This document shows positions 58,505 through 64,000 of a DNA stretch of 64,000 nt, piece after piece. This stretch comes from Candidatus Hydrogenedentota bacterium. Lineage in GTDB: Bacteria; Hydrogenedentota; Hydrogenedentia; Hydrogenedentales; SLHB01. Position 1 is the stretch's first letter, and each line of letters opens with the position of its first letter. The notes beneath the pieces were generated by a model. It worked only from the letters and a program-made list of their open reading frames with translations. It was not told where the DNA came from and made no database searches. Position numbers and translations under genes: made by a program. Location of the stretch: contig BTWA01000006.1 of assembly GCA_045863295.1 (NCBI GenBank), positions 96,001 through 160,000 of the forward strand, given 5' to 3'.

Positions 58505-59158
58505 GTGATAACCCCGTCGTCTCGCAAACTTGAAGTAATCCGGCTTGAGGGTCTTGTACCCTACCCAAAGGCCTATGAACTGCAGGTAGCACGCAGGAAA
58601 GCCGTGGAGCGGGGCGAAGTGGGCAACGCATTGTTTCTTTTGGAACACGAACCGGTTATCACGCTTGGGCGCAATTTTCAGACGCAAAATCTGCTTTTCG
58701 ATCGAGAGACACTGCAACGGCAAGGCATTGCGGTCGTTGAGGTAGATCGCGGCGGCGACGCTACCTACCATGGTCCCGGGCAATTGGTCGCGTATCCGAT
58801 TCTGAATTTAAGGTATTGGCGGCAGTCCATCCGATGGTATTTGCGGGAACTGGAGCAGGTGTTGATCGATCAGCTTGGGGATTATGGCCTTCCGGGGGAG
58901 CGATTAGAAGGATTGACGGGAGTATGGGTGGGCGGTGCGAAAGTGGCGGCGATAGGTATTGGCATTCGAAACTGGGTCACATACCACGGAATCGCGCTCA
59001 ACGTGAAACCCAATCTGGAGCATTTTTCGTTCATCATTCCGTGCGGAATCGCGAACAAGCCCGTGACCTCGTTGGAGCGTATGATCTCCCCCACCATTTC
59101 CATGGAGCAGTGCGTGCTCGATTTTCAAGCGTGCTTTGTCAATCGATTTGGTGTGTAG
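58505..59158 (+). CDS. lipB: Octanoyltransferase
   Basis: LLEHEPVITLG, DRGGDATYHGPGQLVAYP, KVAAIG, HGIALN, IPCGI. Confidence 0.96.
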   Translation: MITPSSRKLEVIRLEGLVPYPKAYELQVARRKAVERGEVGNALFLLEHEPVITLGRNFQTQNLLFDRETLQRQGIAVVEVDRGGDATYHGPGQLVAYPILNLRYWRQSIRWYLRELEQVLIDQLGDYGLPGERLEGLTGVWVGGAKVAAIGIGIRNWVTYHGIALNVKPNLEHFSFIIPCGIANKPVTSLERMISPTISMEQCVLDFQACFVNRFGV

Positions 59159-59287
59159 CCCGTGCCGACTCTCACTACTCTATTCTGCGTGAATTGAGAT
59201 CCTGTTCACGGCGTGCCAAGTCGATTCAATGTATGCATATTCCGTTGGAAACGTGGGCACTCTTCTCGCCAATCAGGATACAGAATC

Positions 59288-59791
59288 ATGAATTCACCTA
59301 TACCAAGCCTTACTGTGCGTTTGGCTGGACCGGCCGATCATCCCCGCATGGATCAAATTCGCCAAGCCGCATTTGCCCCCGTTTTTGCTTCCTTCCGACA
59401 AATTCTGGGAGATGAGATCTATGCCTTGGCGCAGGCCAGGGAGGACAATGCACAGGGCGATTTATTGCGATCGCTTTTGGAGCCGGACTCCGGTTGGACT
59501 GTCTACGTTGCCGTTCGCGCAGAAGAGCTCGTTGGATTTGTCTCGATACGACTGAACGAGGAAACGAAAATGGGCGAAATTGGCCTGAATGCGGTTCATC
59601 CGGACTACACCGGCCGAGGCGTTGGCACTGCAATGTATCAATTCGCGGTGGAAAAGATGAAGGAATCCGGTATGCGCGTAGCGACGGTCGCAACGGGCGG
59701 CGACCCGAGCCATGCGCCCGCGCGAAGGGCGTATCAAAAAGCCGGATTTACGGCCGAGATTCCCAGTGTCTGGATGTGTCGCTTGATCTAA
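59288..59791 (+). CDS. GNAT-family acetyltransferase
   Basis: NAVHPDYTGRGVG; TGGDPSHAPARRAYQKAGF. Confidence 0.9.
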   Translation: MNSPIPSLTVRLAGPADHPRMDQIRQAAFAPVFASFRQILGDEIYALAQAREDNAQGDLLRSLLEPDSGWTVYVAVRAEELVGFVSIRLNEETKMGEIGLNAVHPDYTGRGVGTAMYQFAVEKMKESGMRVATVATGGDPSHAPARRAYQKAGFTAEIPSVWMCRLI

Positions 59792-59808
59792 TCCCGGCAA
59801 CCGCACTC

Positions 59809-62043
59809 CTATTGCGGTGCGGCGGGATTCGACAAGGCAAACTCGACTGAATCGATCGAACTAATATCCAGCGGTGTATACCATGAGTAAACGGCCATTC
59901 CACCGCCGGAATATGCATGATTTTGATGACTCGCATTGACAGGCAATTCCTTACCGCCACGGTCATAGGCCGCGATTTTCGTTTCCTGCTGACTCAAGCC
60001 CTTCACGGTTAGCACGAAGGTTGATCCGGATTCCAAATCATCGTCGCTTGCACTCAATTTAATTTGACCGTTCGTATAAGCCGAAATGCCATCAAATCGC
60101 TTTCCCGTGTAGGCAACCAACTCCGCTTGGGCCGGCGCAAATTGATCGGACACGTGGCTGCCTGTCCGGCCGTGAATAGCAAATCGCATCGGCGGCAACT
60201 TTTTTGCAGGTACGGTCTGAATGGAAGGCAATTTGACATCCTCAAAACAGAATCGTCTCTCTTCATGAAGCGGGTACAGCTCGACCCGCGCGATCGCTTC
60301 CGGCGCCACTTCGAATTCATGGATATGCGTTGGGCCATTGTCGATAGCCACAAAGAAATCGCTCCAATGCCGTTTGCCCATTGTGTCGACCACACACAAT
60401 TGATACCGCTTTCCTGCCAGTGCTCTCATAGGGTCATCAAGATCCACAACAATGTTGGAGCTTTGGGGATCGCCATTGGATTCGCCCCACTCGACATCGC
60501 CGTTGGTTCGCATCTTATAGCCAGTCGTGCCCCCGTGGATTTCGCGCAAACGAACTTTCGCGGATCCCAATCGCGCACTGCTTCCTGCGGATCCTTTCAA
60601 TACCGCATCCGGATCCGACGGCCGATGGCGCACCCGGAGCCAGATATCCAGCGACGGCGGAAGGGATCCCTGGATGCACATTAACTGAATCGTGCGGCCA
60701 ACGAGGCGGTACCCGGCAGCATTCGGTCTGCCACTGTTCAGAAGCGTTCGGGTGGCATGATCAAATACCCGCAATTCCGTGATATCGAAGACATCGGCGA
60801 CCGGACCAATTTGTATGGAGGCAATATCCACCGCATCCAGGATTTGCTTGTCCGGTGATGCGCCGTTCCAGGCAGCCGCGAACGGATTACCGTCGCCGTC
60901 TTCGACGAGCGGTTGACCACCGATATTCCACCGGACAACTTTGTCGATCGTGAACTGTGTTGGCCCTAACGTGAATTCATTCGCCGTGGTGGATGGCGCT
61001 TTTTCGTATGCGGCTTCATCGCCTGCAATGCCGCTCGAGAATACCGCAGAACAAGCGAACAGTAAGAGAAATGCCGTGGAGATTGAAATTACTTGTACAC
61101 GATTCGGGTGCGCTGGGGCCTGGAGCGTCAACTTTCGTAAACGGGCAACAAGATGCGAACGCCGGGCCATGGGAAGCGCCAAACGAATTTGACTGTGATG
61201 CAAAGCCACCTGAGCCAGCGCCCGGCGGTAGTCCGAGGCCGATCCCAGAGCACGTGCCGCGGTTTCATCGCACGCTTCTTCGCACGCCTGGCGATGGATG
61301 CGCGCCATGTGCCACAACATTGGATAGAACCATGCGAGGGCACATGCAAATTCAAACACAACCGACCATTGCAGGTCCCTTTGTTTTAGATGTGCGCACT
61401 CATGCAGGAGGACAGCCGTGAGGTTGCCGCTGGTACCTTTGGTTTCAGGCACGATTATGACCGGACTCCAAATCCCGGCAATTGCAGGCCCGCCTTCCGC
61501 GATCTGGATTCGTGGAGTTGAATGAAGCCCGATTCGTCTTGCCAGGACGCCAACGTGATTCAAGAGCGCCGCGTCGGCGAGGTGACCTGATCGGGCGCAG
61601 CGCTCGGTCGCTGCGATAGCAGCAATCGTCCGCGAGAGGAATACGATGGCTCCCGTTATCCAGATTCCAAGCAGCCCAAGTCTCCAATCGAACTGGCTTT
61701 CAACAGGCGGGGCGCCTTGCAGCGGGAACGCGCTTTCAGACGACACTGCCCTCGCTGGCACGTCCTCGGAGGCCCGATCCGGCTGAACGGCAGCGAAGGC
61801 CCTCTTGCCAACGCCGGCATCCGAAGGCAATTCCACTCGATAGGTGTACTCCGGTACGAGCAGCACGACAAAAGGATAACTAATGACAGCAAGCAAAGAG
61901 ATTCGCAACGCGGTGACACGCGCCGCCGGATGCCAATGAAGTATCAGGATGTTTGCGATCCAACACATGATAATCAGCGCGGAGAACTTGATGAGGATCA
62001 GGGTCCATTCGGGCATCATCGCCCAAGCAGCCAGCCAATTCAC
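59809..62043 (-). CDS. BlaR1/M56-family metallopeptidase sensor with unrecognised C-terminal domains
   Basis: GIWSPVIIVP, LLHECAHLKQRD, WFYPMLW, EEACDE, LVARL; overlaps the blaI stop (GTGA). Confidence 0.9.
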   Translation of the reverse strand: MNWLAAWAMMPEWTLILIKFSALIIMCWIANILILHWHPAARVTALRISLLAVISYPFVVLLVPEYTYRVELPSDAGVGKRAFAAVQPDRASEDVPARAVSSESAFPLQGAPPVESQFDWRLGLLGIWITGAIVFLSRTIAAIAATERCARSGHLADAALLNHVGVLARRIGLHSTPRIQIAEGGPAIAGIWSPVIIVPETKGTSGNLTAVLLHECAHLKQRDLQWSVVFEFACALAWFYPMLWHMARIHRQACEEACDETAARALGSASDYRRALAQVALHHSQIRLALPMARRSHLVARLRKLTLQAPAHPNRVQVISISTAFLLLFACSAVFSSGIAGDEAAYEKAPSTTANEFTLGPTQFTIDKVVRWNIGGQPLVEDGDGNPFAAAWNGASPDKQILDAVDIASIQIGPVADVFDITELRVFDHATRTLLNSGRPNAAGYRLVGRTIQLMCIQGSLPPSLDIWLRVRHRPSDPDAVLKGSAGSSARLGSAKVRLREIHGGTTGYKMRTNGDVEWGESNGDPQSSNIVVDLDDPMRALAGKRYQLCVVDTMGKRHWSDFFVAIDNGPTHIHEFEVAPEAIARVELYPLHEERRFCFEDVKLPSIQTVPAKKLPPMRFAIHGRTGSHVSDQFAPAQAELVAYTGKRFDGISAYTNGQIKLSASDDDLESGSTFVLTVKGLSQQETKIAAYDRGGKELPVNASHQNHAYSGGGMAVYSWYTPLDISSIDSVEFALSNPAAPQ

Positions 62044-62423
62044 CGTTGGTCTCCTTCGTCATCCCGATCAGGGCCATCGCCGTACGCGATACGCCTTATC
62101 TCTTCCATATCCTCCGCACTGAGTTTCTCCGTCTTTACGAAATGCGCTAGCAAGCGCTTCGTGGATCCATTGGCAAAGGCGTCTGCCATCGCGCGCAGGG
62201 ATTCTTTAAATGCTTTGTCCCGGCGGGTCTTCGCTTTGTAATAGTAAGCCTTGCCCACCTTGCGCCGCGTTACATGTCCCTTTTCGAGCAGAATGGCCAA
62301 ATACGATCGCAGTGCGGAGTTCTGCAACCTTCGAGGCAGCAGGTCCTGAATTTCCGACGGCTTCAACTCATTATGATTCCACAGTACTTGCATGCACTGC
62401 AGTTCGCCAGGAGTAAATCGCAT
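62040..62423 (-). CDS. BlaI/MecI/CopY-family repressor
   Basis: TPGELQCMQVLW, LEKGHVTRRKVGKAYYY, FANGS..LLAHF, LSAEDMEEIRR; GGAG RBS. Confidence 0.93.
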   Translation of the reverse strand: MRFTPGELQCMQVLWNHNELKPSEIQDLLPRRLQNSALRSYLAILLEKGHVTRRKVGKAYYYKAKTRRDKAFKESLRAMADAFANGSTKRLLAHFVKTEKLSAEDMEEIRRIAYGDGPDRDDEGDQR

Positions 62424-62450
62424 AGTGCCGTGCTCCGTTACCGCCTTATA

Positions 62451-62510
62451 TGCAGTATAGTCTGCACATTCTGGGGCGTCAAGAAGTTTCTGCAGACTAC
62501 TCTGCACATT
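62451..62510 (-). promoter_or_regulatory. blaI promoter with two palindromic operators
   Basis: TGCAG-N6-CTGCA+CATT at 62451-62470 and 62491-62510; minus strand TTGACG (62482-62477)-N17-TATACT (62459-62454). Confidence 0.85.
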
Positions 62511-62545
62511 ATCGGGGATACGGCTGGGAATCGAAAAGGACAGGT

Positions 62546-63688
62546 CTAGGCGCGGTGGATGAGCGTTTCTCGCGCGGCGAGCACGGCATTCTTCGCCGAT
62601 TCCACGGACTGGGCAAGTGCCGTGAGGTGGCCCATCTTGCGTCCGGGCCGGGCTTCGCGTTTTCCGTAGAGATGGATCTTCACGTCGGCCATGGCGCAAG
62701 CGGCCGCCCAGTCCGGTTCGCCGTTTACCCACAAATCGCCAAGCAGGTTGACCATGGCGGCGGGCCGCAGCAGCCCTGGATTACCGAGCGGCAACCCGCA
62801 CACCGCGCGGAGTTGTTGTTCAAATTGGCTCGTGACCGCAGCATCGAAAGTCAGGTGTCCCGAATTGTGGGGCCGCGGAGCCAACTCATTGACTAGCAAC
62901 GTTCCTGATCGGGTCAAGAAGAACTCAACGCACAACACGCCGACAACCTCAAGCTTTTCCATGATGCCCCGGGTGATCTCTACAGCGTCTTTCGCCACGG
63001 TTTCGGGTACCGGCGCGGGCGATACCGTAACATCAAGAATGTGATTGGCATGGGTATTTTCAAAGATCTCGTGGCTGACAAACGTGCCGTCCATCCCGCG
63101 CGCGCCGATGACCGAGAGTTCACGTTCGAAATCGACGAACTGTTCCAGTACGGACTCCTGCTCTCCCACGGCTTTCCATGCGGATGAAAGGTCACTTCCG
63201 TCGAGAATCTTGGACTGGCCTTTTCCGTCGTACCCCCAACCTGCGGTTTTGAGCACGCACGGGCAGCCATTTGCGGCAATTGCCGCCTCCAGTTCCTGCA
63301 TGGAATGGATATGCGTGAATTCGGGCACAGGAAAGCCGTTGGACTTCAGGAATGTTTTTTCGCGCAAGCGATGCTGGGTGACATGGAGCACCGAACCTGC
63401 CGGGCGCACGGGCGCGCGGCCCTCGGCTGTCTCAGCCGTGATTGCGGGCACATTCTCAAACTCGAACGTCACGACATCCACGTTTGCCGCAAAGTCACGC
63501 ACCCGGTCCAGGTCGTCGTATTCGCCGCAGACTTCGACATCGGCGACTTGTCCGGTGGGTGTATCGTAATCCGGCGAATAGGTATGAACGCGATATCCCA
63601 TGCGGCGTGCCTTGAGGGTAAACATGCGCCCCAATTGGCCGCTGCCCAAGACCCCGATTGTCGACCCGGGCAGAACAATGGGGGTCAC
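62546..63688 (-). CDS. purK: N5-carboxyaminoimidazole ribonucleotide synthase
   Basis: [48 protein letters not shown]. Confidence 0.97.
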   Translation of the reverse strand: MTPIVLPGSTIGVLGSGQLGRMFTLKARRMGYRVHTYSPDYDTPTGQVADVEVCGEYDDLDRVRDFAANVDVVTFEFENVPAITAETAEGRAPVRPAGSVLHVTQHRLREKTFLKSNGFPVPEFTHIHSMQELEAAIAANGCPCVLKTAGWGYDGKGQSKILDGSDLSSAWKAVGEQESVLEQFVDFERELSVIGARGMDGTFVSHEIFENTHANHILDVTVSPAPVPETVAKDAVEITRGIMEKLEVVGVLCVEFFLTRSGTLLVNELAPRPHNSGHLTFDAAVTSQFEQQLRAVCGLPLGNPGLLRPAAMVNLLGDLWVNGEPDWAAACAMADVKIHLYGKREARPGRKMGHLTALAQSVESAKNAVLAARETLIHRA

Positions 63689-64000
63689 GGAAGAGAATCG
63701 CCGAGTACGGCGTCCGTTTGCTCTCTTCTATAGGCCGCCAGGCGCTGGCGATACTCCGGATACTTGTTGCCGAGTATGGATACCGCCATCAACGCAGCAT
63801 TCGTGGACCCGGCCTTGCCAATGGCGAATGTGGCAACGGGAACGCCGCCTGGCATCTGTACGATGGACAACAGTGAATCCAGTCCATTGAGCGCATGACT
63901 TTGCACGGGCACTCCAAGCACAGGCAGCACCGTTTGGGAGGCCACCATTCCGGGCAGGTGTGCAGCCCCTCCCGCGCCTGCAATTATGACCTCGATTCCG
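63685..64000 (-). CDS. purE: N5-CAIR mutase, 5' end outside the window
   Basis: [41 protein letters not shown]; overlaps the purK start. Confidence 0.96.
   Translation of the reverse strand, partial: GIEVIIAGAGGAAHLPGMVASQTVLPVLGVPVQSHALNGLDSLLSIVQMPGGVPVATFAIGKAGSTNAALMAVSILGNKYPEYRQRLAAYRREQTDAVLGDSLP

Noticed and set aside
62424..62732. N-terminal extension of BlaI in the ORF track
   Set aside because: It overlaps purK and the promoter/operator; the RBS supports the ATG at 62423.
1..64000. CRISPR array, tRNA/rRNA, IS, integrase or prophage genes
   Set aside because: No spaced repeat array, RNA gene signature, or transposase/phage motif was seen on manual reading.

Overview
64 kb of gene-dense bacterial chromosome (mid-to-high GC) from a diderm organism: it carries kdsB, an RND pump, PilT, PEP-CTERM proteins and sigma54-type promoters. 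The L28 type and the secreted-hydrolase repertoire suggest a PVC-like or Hydrogenedentota-like lineage, but that is only an impression. No rRNA, tRNA, CRISPR array, transposase or integrase was found. Housekeeping genes: pyrG-kdsB, rpmB, lipA/lipB, hom-thrC, purE-purK and a Moco operon. Accessory modules: (1) PadR, then a HAAS/TM/VIT/vWA protein with a PEP-CTERM tail, then a >=601-codon exosortase fusion that the ORF track missed; (2) fdhA plus an FdhF/YdeP molybdoenzyme; (3) a 65-aa secreted acidic peptide with one Cys, with its own promoter and a hairpin, directly upstream of a catalytically divergent Lgt paralogue. Module 3 is the best candidate for an undescribed system. Also present: (4) a MoaE-MoeB-rhodanese fusion; (5) an MFS-phnW-phnX aminoethylphosphonate cluster; (6) a sigma54-driven Cys-motif microprotein plus RND pair; (7) a sigma54-driven PEP-CTERM protein; (8) a MinD-like ATPase-bactofilin operon; (9) a REP-like palindrome; (10) a BlaI/BlaR1 pair with a readable tandem operator. 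Start codons were adjusted by eye using RBS positions and family N-termini. All family calls come from motif recognition, not database searches.
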